A DNA stretch of 64,000 nt. It comes from Eledone cirrhosa. Taxonomy: Eukaryota. The stretch covers positions 9,982,001-10,046,000 of the forward strand of contig OZ024750.1 in NCBI GenBank assembly GCA_964016885.1, in the 5' to 3' direction. Positions within the stretch are counted from its first letter, which is position 1, and every line of letters starts with the position of its first letter. This document shows, in pieces, positions 14,573-28,221 of the stretch. The translations under genes and the position numbers were made by a program. The notes under the pieces were generated by a model. The model worked only from the letters and a program-made list of their open reading frames with translations, was not told the DNA's origin and did no database searches.

Positions 14573-14600
14573 AGAACCAACACATAAGAACAAACAGCAT
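14573..14600 (-). CDS. Candidate alternative first coding exon A of the SENP6/7-like gene (MLFVLMCWF)
   Basis: ATG at 14600, consensus donor GTAAGT after 14573; phase 1 matches the exon at 7587. Confidence 0.35.
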
Positions 14601-15171
14601 CAATATATTAGAAAGATGGTGTTAGCAAGCGGACGGGTGTGGTTAGAAACAAGAAAATTAGTGGAAAGGAGGAAGCGAGTGCAATAAAAAGATGGTTTCC
14701 TTGTTTGGTACTTTTTGCTTTCATTTTCTTTCCCTCCGTTTTGCCTTTTACTCTTCTTTCTCTCATTACTTACATCTCCTGTTTTCAATAGACCACCAAG
14801 TGATGTTTGAGCATCTATATAGCTCAGCAAACCTTTAAAACTACCAACTACCACAATAATAATCACGTACAGTACTAACACTCACCCCACCACACACATA
14901 CATACACACGTACAATAAACACGAGGTAGTTGTGCTAACGGTGTGTGTGAGAGGGTGTGTATATATATGTCAGTGTGTGAGAATGAGAGTATATGTATGT
15001 ATGTCAGTGTGTGTGGTAAGAAGGAGAGGTAAAAATACGACGTTGTGTTCAGTTTGACCCGATCATACAAACAATAAAACCCAATATAGAAGCGGTTGCC
15101 AACTAAAATATCCACTCACTCTCTCTCCCTTAAGCCCAGCCGTAGGTTCCAACAGCAACTGATCCCTTTAA

Positions 15172-15228
<57 letters not shown>

Positions 15229-15308
15229 CACATAGTTAATAAATGAAACAAACAACACAGGAAGCAATTGTACAGTTATATTAGTTCACACTTAAAGGGA
15301 TCATACAT

Positions 15309-15343
<35 letters not shown>

Positions 15344-16108
15344 ATTAGATGTAATAGATTAAACAGTCGGCTGAAGGAATAAAACCTTGCTGTGTGATGC
15401 AAACATCTATTTTTAAAACTGCACTTGTTCAGTTAAAAAGAATAAAAACAGCCATGGATCGCTTTGTATTTAATGAATGAAAAGTAAGGAATTGGGGGAG
15501 GGGGTTTTAAAAGACAAGGGTTGGAGGGGGGCAAGGGAGACTAGAAAAGCAAAGCGAAACAAAAACAAAAAATAGTCTAAGAAAATAAAGAGCAGTGAAA
15601 GAGGAAGAGGGTGAGAAAGAAAGAGTAGCGAGAGATGAAGTGTTGAGAGTGAAGAGGGGAAGAAAACAGTGAGAAATGTGTGACAATAATGGGAAAGAGA
15701 GAGAGAGAGACGGGAAAGAAACAAAAAGGTTAGGAAGAAGAAGACAACATGTTAAGAAAATAAAGCTTCAAAGCTTATAGACTGTGACGTCATGAGTTGA
15801 GACAGGTGTCTCTTGAAAACTAAAGACGAGTTGCCTTATCTCTCACAAACACACACTCTCAGTCATGCTGAGTTCTTTTGAGTGGTGGTGGTGGTGGTGT
15901 GGAGGATATACACAGACTGCGAGGAAACAGCTTTCTGTAGGGATCAAATGGAGGATAGGAGAGAAGACCTGTCCACACCACAAGTAACGAGAAAAATCGA
16001 TCTTATTTACACGAGAGCTGGGTCACTTAATAACATATATATATATAGAGAGAGGAAAAAGTATGACCCCGACAGCAGAGCTCAAGCCATTTTGGCGGCT
16101 ATTTCTGG

Positions 16109-16150
<42 letters not shown>

Positions 16151-16460
16151 CAGACACAACAAATATATATAATGTTATGTTAATGCTTCAAGGATATATT
16201 TTCGACATGATACCAAGTGTGATCGACATGCTTATAGAAATGGTGTAAAAATATAAGAAGGGGTGAGGTGACGGCAGTAAGATATGGCAGAGAGGAGAGA
16301 AGTTATTGTTAAAGACAGATACCTAACATTGGATACAATCTATATAGAAAGTAAAGATAGGATGATGGACAGAGTAATAAAGTGTTTTGAGATATAAAGA
16401 TAATGGTGGGGAGTGGAAGACAATAAAATAGAAATATAAACACACACACATGTAGAGTAG

Positions 16461-16492
<32 letters not shown>

Positions 16493-17550
16493 CATTATCG
16501 TTTAACATCCATTTTCCACGCTAGCATGGGTTAGACTTATAGAGTCAGGACCCCGACGGCTGAGCTCCGGCCGTTTCGACAGCTAGATTCGAACTTGTTA
16601 TATATATATCTATATATATTACTTCAAAATATTAATAAATATAGACATTCATGTGATCAAATATATTTTATACATATTTCAGAGGTTCTCAGCTAATTCA
16701 ACAGTACGTCCTCATCAGATAAAATAAGTTGATGCATGACATACCTTGACTATGTTGATGGTTATAATTCAGTCATGGCATTATATATATATATAATTCA
16801 GTCATGGCATTATATATATATATATATTGTTTCTATTTTTGGCACAAGGCCAGCAATTACCTCAGTGCATTACTGGTACTTTATTTTATCGATTCCGTAA
16901 GGATGAAAGGCAAAGTTAACCTCGGTGGGTTATAAATATATATATATTGGATCGTCAAGTATGAAATTTGTAGAAAAACACCCAATATATATATATAACG
17001 TGTCTCAGACTCATTCCCTCCTGTATCCAGCGTTAAACTAATTTATATTATTGTACTGTATTGTTCTCTCGTGTTGGTTTTCCTTGCTGACTTTTCACAC
17101 ACTATACATACATATATATTGAGAGAGAGAGAGGTATGTATCCCTTTATTATATGGTGATTCCCACCTGAGCCAATAGAGAGATGGGGGTGTTGACATGT
17201 CTCACCTGCCTGCTGTATCCAACACACCACTAAAACAACACCAAACAAACCAAGAGAAGCATGTTAATAGCCCACCATACTAAATTCACTTGTCTCTACG
17301 ACCCACGCCCACTTAACTACTGCTTTTTTGTAATATTTAATCCTCTAACTAAAACCACAATAGCATATAACAACACACACGTTTGTGTTGTGTAGGAAGA
17401 GTGTGTTAATGATATATTTATATTTCTGAAGGAACAGTCGTTGGGAGATAGGAGACGAAAATAATCACTTTAGAGGACATATACGAAACAAGTTAACTAA
17501 AACTTAAATTTTATTTTGTACTGAAAGGTCTCTCTCTCACAATATATATA

Positions 17551-17635
17551 TTTATTAAAATAACAGATTAAAGTTTAAGCAAAAGGGTGAAAGCAGCGAT
17601 TCTTTGCTTAAACTTTAATCTGTTATTTTAATAAA
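17551..17635. repeat. Perfect 33-bp inverted repeat with 19-nt spacer
   Basis: TTTATTAAAATAACAGATTAAAGTTTAAGCAAA ... TTTGCTTAAACTTTAATCTGTTATTTTAATAAA. Confidence 0.95.
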
Positions 17636-17849
17636 CATTTGCTCTACGATTCATATATATTTGATATATATTTATACTTATCGAGTCCTCTTTGGATTTT
17701 AGTCTTCAAATTTATTACTATTACTATTACTATATATATATAAAGTATTTCCATAGAAAAGGTAAAGGAAAGAAGAGTGCTCTATGTATTGTACAGAGCT
17801 ATTTAATTACAATGTGTATATATATATATATATATGTGGGGGGGGGGGG

Positions 17850-18050
17850 TCCCGGGTTCAAACGGAGGTACCCACAGTTAGTAAGGTACTCAATACATTA
17901 GTAAGGTGTAAACATCACGTTTAATAGAGAAATAGATTCTACAGGACTAGAACTGTTTCATTCAAAAGCAATCGTCAGGAAAGCTCTGATGATTTCTTTT
18001 GAATGAAACAGTTCTAGTCCTGTAGAAGCCCTTTCTATATTAAACCTCAT
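17850..18050. ncRNA. Inverted pair of hammerhead-headed short elements (family H1)
   Basis: + copy CTGATGA-tttcttttgaat-GAAA-cag-ttctagtc-ctg-TA-gaagcc; - copy CTGACGA-ttgcttttgaat-GAAA-cag-ttctagtc-ctg-TA-gaa; 42-bp arms 17937-17978 and 17986-18027. Confidence 0.65.
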
Positions 18051-18265
18051 ATGTTTACAAGATGTTGGCATGAGTTGGACGAGACTGTAAGCTGTATTTA
18101 ACGACCCTTCCTGACACCAATTCTTACGAAATACATGATTACATAGTACTTATTCTAAAAAAAAACAAGATACATAGTTATGTCTATCTATATAATATAT
18201 ATACATACACGTGTATATTCTAAATACCAAGATGCATAAAGCTATGTGTATGTATATACATACAT

Positions 18266-18311
<46 letters not shown>

Positions 18312-18636
18312 TCTTTCTCAGACTAGCATGTATACACACTTGATAGATGACTTCGTGGCGAACTAGAAATAAAATATATATTAAAAAAAACAGTAACGTA
18401 CTTTCGTATGGAAAGTTTTTTTTTTTTCCAAGTTAAAAATCCAGAAAACTATTGCTTAGCTTATTCTATTAATTACATTTATGTAGAACAAAATTATGAT
18501 TTAATACGGTTTATATAAAGCTAAAGCATTTAAAATAAATTTTCTAAAACTCTAAAAATAATGTTTTAAAATCCTCGACACACCTAGCTACCCTTTGATA
18601 GGCACAAGTGTACCGAGGCACACCAAACGAGGGACA

Positions 18637-18713
<77 letters not shown>

Positions 18714-19000
18714 TTCTGATTTAGGCACAATGCCAGCAATTTGAAAGAGACGGGGAAGTCGATTAAATCGTCCGCAATGCATTACTGGTACTTTATCCCG
18801 TAAGGATGTAAAGCAAAGCTAACCTAGATGACTTCTAAACGACTAGAACTCTTTCATTCTTTCGAAACCAGCAGGAATCTCTTCATGATTTGATACGAAT
18901 GAAACAGTTCTAGTCCTGTAGAAATAATTTCTTATATAAAATATAAATGCTTATTCTCTACTAATGTATTGAGTACTTTATTCCTCTTTGGGATATCAGC

Positions 19001-19044
<44 letters not shown>

Positions 19045-19138
19045 GCAATGGTGGGGATGTCATCCATATCGCTATAATTCAATCGTTTGAATAATTGACA
19101 CCGCGAAACAATTCGAGAAGCTTCAATTTCAATTAAAA

Positions 19139-19204
<66 letters not shown>

Positions 19205-19849
19205 ATAGTGTTTTAGTTTATTACAACACAGAAATATGAACAAGATGGCAGGTATATGGAAAGTAAAAAAATTGTCTGTCTGTGTGTAAGTGCGTGTGTA
19301 TGTGTGTGAATGTAAGTGTGTGTAAGTGCGTATGTATGTTTGGTTTGTTTGTTTCGTCACTAGGATAAGTGAAATCCAAAGATTGATTTTTAGATATTAT
19401 TATATACGCATTCATATAAACATACGCACACTAACAGACATTCAAGCTTATATATTATGCACACATTCTGCTGCATATGTATCTGTGTGTGTATATATAT
19501 ATATATATATATTATTCTATTACGTACACACATATTCAAACACAGACGGTCAGACATAGTTGAATAATTTACTCACATTCATGTATATAATAAACATGTA
19601 TATACATAATATACATGCGCACTCATACATACATATATACAATAGATTCATGTGTAAACAAATGGATCTCCGTCGATTTAAACGACGACTATTTCAATTT
19701 CACGATCAACAGAACGGCCTACTAATTAAATTAGCGTCTAAATATTTCATAAACATGTATACACTTTACGTAATTTTCAGGGACATAAGTTGGCTCTTTG
19801 TATTACGACGGGCTTCCAAACATTCTCCGCTAACCAAAATGAAATTCCC

Positions 19850-20010
19850 GGGGTATGAAAAAAAATTCGTAGTAACGAAAAATTCTTTATAACGAGATCG
19901 ACCGGAACAAATCGAGCGTTTGTTTGTTATTACCGCGGGGATTGAAACAAATTTCGTTATACTGTAAAATTCGTTATAATGGTATTCGTTATGACGGAAT
20001 TTTACCTGAA
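19850..20010. mobile_element. pogo/Tigger-like DNA transposon end
   Basis: Repeated TTCGTTAT subterminal motifs ending ...CGGAATTTTACCTG. Confidence 0.45.
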
Positions 20011-21351
20011 TATACTATATATATATTACAGAATATACCTACAGACTTTAGTCAACACACCGTACAGAGAGGTGTAAACATCTTGTTTTGGTTTTTCTAT
20101 CAACAATATCTTCGTGGACAGTCTATCGTGTTTGATAAACTCTATAGTAAAAAATAACATTGAAATAAAACGTCAACAGAGAAATAATATTTTAATCAGA
20201 CAGCATCACACACACACTATAAATATCATTTCGAGAAACTAACATACAGTATAAAGATGTGCATAGGAGATACAGCATTGATAAGGTGACAGGGTGTGAC
20301 TAAAGCACTAATTAGTTAACACTCTAATATGGTTGGTTTTTGATAGAGCAACCTACTGCGGAAACTACCAAAAAATAAAATACGCAAGTCATTTCATCTT
20401 TGTAGTTACATCCCTCTAAGACACGTCTGGGGACCATGTCTTCCGGGTACATTCCATTTACAGCATGACCTTTCTCATATAAACCACCTTGCAGAGTGTG
20501 CTAGGTACATTTCACCATAACACCAACACTGGAGAGTTTGCTTTGCCCCCAGCACGGTTAAAGAATCTCCGTTCAAGGAAATCATGATTGAGAAGGTGAA
20601 TAAGAGATAGTGAAAGAACAGTGTATGAGGAAGATGGGAGGAGACTGATAGGAGTGAGATGGAGGAGAAGAGGGTAACAGAAGAGAGAGAGAGACAGTGA
20701 AAGCTATATGTTGGATGTTGGTAAGGAGATTGAATAGGAGTAAAGGTTAAGGGAGGAAGTGAAAGTTAGAAATAGGTAATGGTAAGAGTGACAGAAGGAA
20801 GGCAGTGAGGGATGGTAGTAGGTAGTGGAACATGGATAAATCAATAATGGGTGAAATTGTGGTGGAGGCTAATGGTAGTGGGTACTGAACATGGATAAAT
20901 TAATCATGGGTGACAATTGAAAGGTGGGGAGTAATGGTTAGCAACCAGATCCAGCATTATCTGTTAGGTATTGTTATAGAAGAGAAGAGGAATGGTAAAA
21001 GGTGGTGGTGGAGGTGGTAGATATGTTTAGTAAAGGGTTTTAGTAGGAGAGAGGTGAAATGGTAAAGGGTTTTAGTGGGAGGGTGATGGTGAAAGAGATA
21101 GTGGTGGTAGGGGAGAATCAAAGTGGTAAAAGATGTTGGTGGTGGAAGTGAGAGAGAATTAAAATGGTAAAGGATGGCAGTGGATATCTTTATCATTATT
21201 TAAAATCCAGTTTCCATGCCAACATCTGTTGTCACCATAGAATAATTGCCCTCCTAGACACAATGAGGGACCCCACCTCACAAGTTTCATTTTTGGTATG
21301 GTATCTATGGCTGGATGCCCTTCCTAAAACTAAATAGTAGTGAGTACTGGA

Positions 21352-21873
21352 TACATGTTTATCGTAGCAGTACTAGAGAGGTTACCATGTATACATGTTT
21401 ATAGTAGCAGTATTAGAGAGGCTACCATGTATACATGTTTATAGTAGCAGTATTAGAGAGGTTACCATGTATACATGTTTACAATAGCAGCACTAGAGAG
21501 GTTACCATGTATACATGTTTATAGTAGCAGTATTAGAGAGGTTACCATGTATCCATGTTTATAGTAGCAGTATTAGAGAGGTTACCATGTATACATGTTT
21601 ATAATAGCAGTATTAGAGAGGTTACCATGTATACATGTTTATAATAGCAGTATTAGAGAGGTTACCATGTATACATGTTTATAATAGCAGTATTAGAGAG
21701 GTTACCATGTATACATGTTTATAATAGCAGTATTAGAGAGGTTACCATGTATACATGTTTATAATAGCAGTATTAGAGAGGTTACCATGTATACATGTTT
21801 ATAATAGCAGTATTAGAGAGGTTACCATGTATACATGTTTATAATAGCAGTATTAGAGAGGTTACCATGTATA
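21352..21873. repeat. 40-bp minisatellite, ~13 copies
   Basis: Unit ATACATGTTTATAATAGCAGTATTAGAGAGGTTACCATGT. Confidence 0.97.
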
Positions 21874-22429
21874 TCTCAAGACTAAAGAGTACTCACTCCT
21901 GAACCAAGTCTCCAGTCAGTGAAGGTAATATTACCAAGAGAGTGAATAGAGGAGACAAAACTGACAGTGTGTGTAAAAGAGTATGATGTAAAAGATATAG
22001 TGTAGAGAGGAGAGTAGTGTAAGTGAGATAATAATAGCAGGTACATGTTTGCTGGTGAAAGAAAGTGAGATGGATGATGTTAAGAGAGTGTGATGACTAC
22101 CAATAACAAGTGGCCTGGGGCAAAAGGAGTAATGGCTGGTAGAACAGAAAATGTGATGTTAGAATGCCATCATCACCATCGTTTAATGTCTATCTTCCAC
22201 GCTAGCATGGGTTAGAGTGTATTAGGTATAAATAAATATGATCCAATCTCTTGTACAGAACCATCATGATGGTAGACATAAGTAGAATGATAATGTTGGC
22301 AGAAGAGAGAGATGGAATACAAGTAGGTCCCTCATTACAGAGACAGCAAAGTGCAGTGTATATAGGAGTAACTGACCATTAGAGAGAAGCGGACAGATCC
22401 AAGGATATTCCTAGTTACTGAGGTAATAT

Positions 22430-24560
22430 AGAACAGATGATAGGAAAGAGGTGTATGGAAAGAGATGAGGATGTATGGGGCACAGTAGATCAAGACTTAA
22501 GGACATAGGGCACCATTTTAACATCTTTTCATCATGTTTGCATGCAAAGCTCGGTATTTCATTCCATGTCCTCCTGGGTTTCCCCTCTCCTATAGGGTCC
22601 ACCTACGTTAAGTACTGTGCATATCTTTATACAGCTTGTCATCCTCCATAAACATCACATACCAGCACACAACACCTGATTCCTCTTATATAGTTATTCT
22701 CTCAGCTCATTTTGCTTTGTCGTTCATGTACTCAATACACACTCACTAGAGTATGCTCACTTTTGTTTCTACCTAGTCTGTTCAAGACTCACATCTCGTT
22801 AAGATATAACATCACACTTTGTACTATCTGCTCCCCTACACACTTCAAGAGTTACAAATAGAGATAGTAATTACCTCAATATTGTCTGGTTACTATGCCT
22901 TTGAAACATCTAGCCTATCAACTACTTCTAGGGAGCAATATAAACATTTGAGAGAATTTATTTCTCATCTGCCCTTAATGCACCCTGCTCTTCTGCATCT
23001 TCCACATATAAAATCTACTTTATCTGTTAGCTTGTTTGTGGTCCTACCACATCTCTTTTTCATCCAAAGTTTACACAGGGTACACAGTATGGAATTACTA
23101 CCTACTCCATTTCTGCAAATCAAGTACACCCATTTCCATGCCAAGTTTACTTCAAGATTTTTTAATTGCAGGATTTGCTTCTACAAATTCAGCCTTAAGA
23201 ACTTCTGTTGAGAACAGTCCAGATGTACTCCTACCCATACACCAAATCCATCACTGGACTCATTGTTGATTGTACATGGCTCGTATAACCTTCATGAGCA
23301 ACTCAACTACCCTCTAGTTTACTTAGTGACCACCAGATTGCAGCGTGGAACCCTGCTGCAGGCCAACAAATACAAGGTACAGGGGTTTATTTCTAGCCAA
23401 GTTATCTCACTAGGAATATGGCATTAGTAAAAACGCCTTCATAACACAAAGCTGGACTACACTACATCAAGTATAACTATTTCTAATCAATTGTGCTCAA
23501 GTCTTTCTATAACCTTCATTAACCTGTTCCAACAATTTGTTGCCTCTGTAATTTCTTCTCTTCAGTGCGTCTCCTTTGCACTTACAGCAGTCGACAATGG
23601 TACTGCTAAACCAGTCATTGGAGGTGACTCCTCATATTAAGTGATTGACCAGTAAAAGTCCGACTATATTTTTAATTTTACTTGAGACCATACTGCTGTC
23701 AACTTTAATAGCTGGTCCTTTTGATGGGTATACATGGGGGTAGACCCCCCTCTCTAAAGCATTCACCACATTCAATAGTAAAAAATACTTTCTATTATTA
23801 TTTCCCAATTCACTATAAGACACTGCTTTGCAATCTAGAACACCTTATACCACTGATCCCCATGTCACAGAAAACACATACTTCTCTCCAATGTCATAAT
23901 TCACTGTATGACACTGCCCTGCAATCTAGAACACCTTATATCATTGATCCCATACAAAACTCTTACTTTCAGCTTCTTCCTTTGCTAAGTGTACCAGACC
24001 TCTAGCTTCTCTTCTAACTGCTTGATAATCTTCTTTGATTCCCTCATTCTTCCAGTCTTTCCACTTCTGTCTCTTAATGATATATTTACACACCTATTTA
24101 CACCAATCACAATAAACATACATAGATTATAAAAAGTTAAAAACCCAGAGGTGAGTCTAGCAAATAACACTACCACCTTTGGGATCTTATCACCTGAATT
24201 TTTTATGACAATTTATTCCAATTTTCCATTACAACTTGTCTCTTTTTACAGATGTTTCCTTCCATTCCAGAAATACTGATACAAATAGGCCAGCCATATA
24301 CTGTGCAACATAGAACAATTGTAGGAATTAACACTAATATAGACATGTGATAATCTATAATCTACTGGTGTTGTTGAACTACATATTAAACCACATTATG
24401 TACTAGATTTCTTAGCATAACCACATCATAGAGAGAGAGGTCATGGAAAGGTGTGGGTTGAGTAATCTATGGAGGATACCATCACTGTCGACAGTGGCAG
24501 ATGGTTGGTCATGTGCTACATACACATGCCCACTAAGAGACCAGTGAGGGCCTCTCTTAA
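22430..24560 (-). mobile_element. Highly degraded RTE-type LINE
   Basis: Remnants GKPRRTW and ALERG; RT-like fragments; many stops. Confidence 0.55.
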
Positions 24561-25349
24561 GTTGAAATAAAAAAGAGGAGTGTAAGAGCCAAGGTAGATA
24601 CAGGACAGGGATTGCAACCTTGCTGAATGGAGATTCCAGAATCGAGCCCGATCGACACAGATTGAACCTTGAACTGATCAATCGCGAAACGCGCGTCACA
24701 CCTCAATAAATGTAATGAAAATTTGACACCTCGTCCATATCATCATATTATAAATATATATATATACACACGCATATGTATCTCAGTTTTTAGAATAGGT
24801 ACACCCATATCATAGTTTGTCGTAAGAGGCAACTAAAAGACTAAAACGGTTGGTATTAGGAAGGACATCCGAAAGTTAAATACTGCCTCAAAAATATCCC
24901 GTCCAACCCATACCAACTTACAAACGCAAACCTAATGACGATGATGAAATATATACCCACACACACATGCTATATATACCCAACCTCAGGCAAACACATA
25001 CATTCAAGCATATATATATATATATATGTGTGTGTGTGTATATGTATACATACTCAAATTCTGGCATACATCTATGTCTTTGTTTTGATGTGGTTTTTTT
25101 TTAAATATAGTACGTAGAGATATTTACTACTAAAAACTAGTATCAAAATAGTTATATAAATGCGTCATAGGTTTATATGTGACACGGAGAAAGATAGTAG
25201 ACAGGTTCAAATAATGACTTTAATTATTCCAGCATTAGAGGTAGTAAAAAAATGTAGGTGGGTGACACTGGAAATAATTCTTGGTCATACATACTGACAA
25301 ACATTTACAGGTAGGAAATCTAGATGAAAACAAATACAATACAAATTAT

Positions 25350-25393
25350 ATATGTACATATACACACAAATATATATATACACATACACACAA

Positions 25394-25427
<34 letters not shown>

Positions 25428-25960
25428 TGCACACAAATATATGCACACAAATATATATATATATAATATATACACATACACACACATATATATATATATA
25501 CACATACAAATATATATATATATACACATACACACACAAATATATATATATATATATACACACACACAAATATATATATATAATATATACACACAAATAT
25601 ATATATATAATATATACACACAAATATATATATATATAATATATACACACAAATATATATATATATAATATATACACACAAATATATATATATATAATAT
25701 ATACACACAAATATATATATATAATATATACACACAAATATATATATATAATATATACACACAAATATATATATATAATATATACACATACACACAAATA
25801 TATACACACAAAATATATATATATAATATATACACACAAATATATATATATAATATATACACATACACACAAATATATACACACAAAATATATATATATA
25901 TATATATATGAATATATATTTACATATATATATATATACACACACATATATACATATATA
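25350..25960. repeat. Compound (TA)n/(CA)n minisatellite
   Basis: Unit ~ACACACAAATATATATATATAATATAT. Confidence 0.95.
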
Positions 25961-26280
25961 ACTGAATCCATCCTGATTTATATATACACATTCATGTAAA
26001 ACAAATATGGGTTGTCACAATCTCGTAGTTTAAAGATGTTAAAATGCCCCCCCTCTCCCCCCAGACATTTGATGTAGAAGATATGTCTTCCGATTAATAC
26101 ACATTGTACATTTTATATTTTAATATATTGTAAGTCCTTCCAGTTATCTATTGTTGTGTTGTATTAATGTGAAAGCTAGCTTCTCTTTCTTTGTACTGGA
26201 AGTCATCAACGAAATGAGAGGATCAGAAAAAAGGAAAACATTTCGAAAATAATAAATAACCGTATCACTATATACGTATG

Positions 26281-26313
<33 letters not shown>

Positions 26314-27162
26314 GGTGATCTATATAAATATATAATCGTATCATTGACCAATTGCTGTGATGAGGGCTGGAGAGGAAAAGAATAAAAAGCCTAGGGTCAG
26401 CCTTTGACAACAATTAAAAATGGCTCGTTCAGCTTATTACAAAAGTGTAAGCTAAACAATAAAAAAATACGATGGTTTGAGATAACGAGGGAGCTTTTAT
26501 CGTAGTCAGGTTTTAGTAAATTTTCCAAAGAAACGAAAAAATGAAATATTATAAAGTATTAGGAAGAAAGAGAAAAAGAAAATAGTGAAACTTGATAGGA
26601 AAGCTAAAGATATTTTTGTGACCAGTGGAAAAGCACGGTGGCGAGTGGGCACAAAATAAGGGTACTGTCTAAATAGTGTGTTGTATTAGAAATCGATCCC
26701 TCATTTCTACAATCAATCTAAATACATCTATCCAGGCTGTCGGCTTCCGGGCGAGAGGGAAAAAAACATCACCATAAAGTACTCCATGAAAATCTAGCTA
26801 TTGAGAAAGATAGACATTTGAAATATAAATACCTTGTATTAGAGACATGGCTGTAAGCCAGTGGCTTATTTATGTATTGAGCAACTTCTGCCTCGCATGA
26901 CACATTGCAATGTAAGCTACTAATAACATTAAGATGGGGAAAATGGCGTAGCGACCGGTTACAAAATTTTAGGAATAACACCTTTACGGTAGATCATAAG
27001 GGAAACAATCACATCACAGAAGAAAATGCAATATTAAGAACATTTAAATTAGTATCACTTATAACAAATTTACAACTTCGGTTGACTTCTTCACACAAAA
27101 ATCCAACGAATGGTCTTCGTTAAATCGTTTTTGTTTATCTCTAGTAATTTTGAATTGTTTAC

Positions 27163-27178
27163 CTCGTCGAACATTCAT
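27163..27178 (-). CDS. Candidate alternative first coding exon B (MNVRR)
   Basis: ATG at 27178, donor GAG|GTAAAC, phase 1; ETS-like CCGGAAGT about 80 nt upstream. Confidence 0.35.
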
Positions 27179-28101
27179 GTAAAAGTCTTTGTTTCAAGTA
27201 CTCGATTCCGTACAAATATGGCCATTATTATTTTTCTTAAGTCAATCTTATCAACTTCCGGTCATAGCTTACTTATTACGATATGTCCACATTGCCATTA
27301 TCTCTATTTTATTGAGTTCCCTGTTTAATAATTCAATAATTATTTCCAGAATTTATACAAGCTGTTTGCCATATATTTTTACGTAACTTTATTTTTCATA
27401 AATAAACATTTAGTAAACTCAACATTTTCGAATATGTAATGGCGTTCGCGCTTCAAGGGACGATACCCATTTATATACATATACATATATGGAGGATCGT
27501 GGCTTAGTGGTTCCGGTGTTGGGCTTACGATCATAATGTCCTGGGTTCAATCATGTGGTGCGTTGTGTTCTTGAGCAAATCACTTAATTTTTTATTGCTC
27601 CAATACAATCAACTGAAAATGAGGACCAGCAGTAGCTGGGAGTTAACCCTATGATTAACTGACAGCCTGTCCAGGGGAGAGTCGGTGGCCAGTTCATCGC
27701 AGGGTTAACTGCTGGTTCTCATTTCCCAACGCCAATAAGTACCGGCCTGGTGAGACTCCAGGATTGGGACAGGCTTTTTAACATGTTTATATAGCCGCGT
27801 AATTAAGAAATTCACTTTGCAATTACATGGTTCTGGGTTCGATTTCACCACGAGGTACCTTGACCAATGCCTTGTGAATGACATTTTATAAACTGTGCAG
27901 AAGATTATCTACTTGTAAAATTGGTGCAAAACACAATATTTCATGGTATTTAGACAAAAGGTAATCATAGCATTTCGATACTCAGAGATTGATAAAATAA
28001 TACCAGACTAGGTAATAGGATCGATATAATCAATTAAAAGGCGTAAACCAACGGTTGCGATCGGAAAAAGAAATAAGAATGTTTGTACCTTAATAAAAAA
28101 A

Positions 28102-28132
<31 letters not shown>

Positions 28133-28184
28133 CATACACGAACACATTTACGAATTCTCACCTCGCAAACATGAGGGTATACTA

Positions 28185-28221
28185 AGCTACTTACACTTCG
28201 TCGAAAACGACGGAGGATCCA
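28185..28221 (-). CDS. Candidate alternative first coding exon C (MMMVDPPSFSTK)
   Basis: ATG at 28221, donor GTAAGT after 28185, phase 1, in a CpG-retaining region. Confidence 0.35.

Noticed and set aside
21352-21873. CRISPR-like array
   Set aside because: Head-to-tail repeat with no unique spacers; eukaryotic context; no cas genes
25281-25971. Long YI/CV-rich ORFs
   Set aside because: Translations of (TA)n/(CA)n repeats
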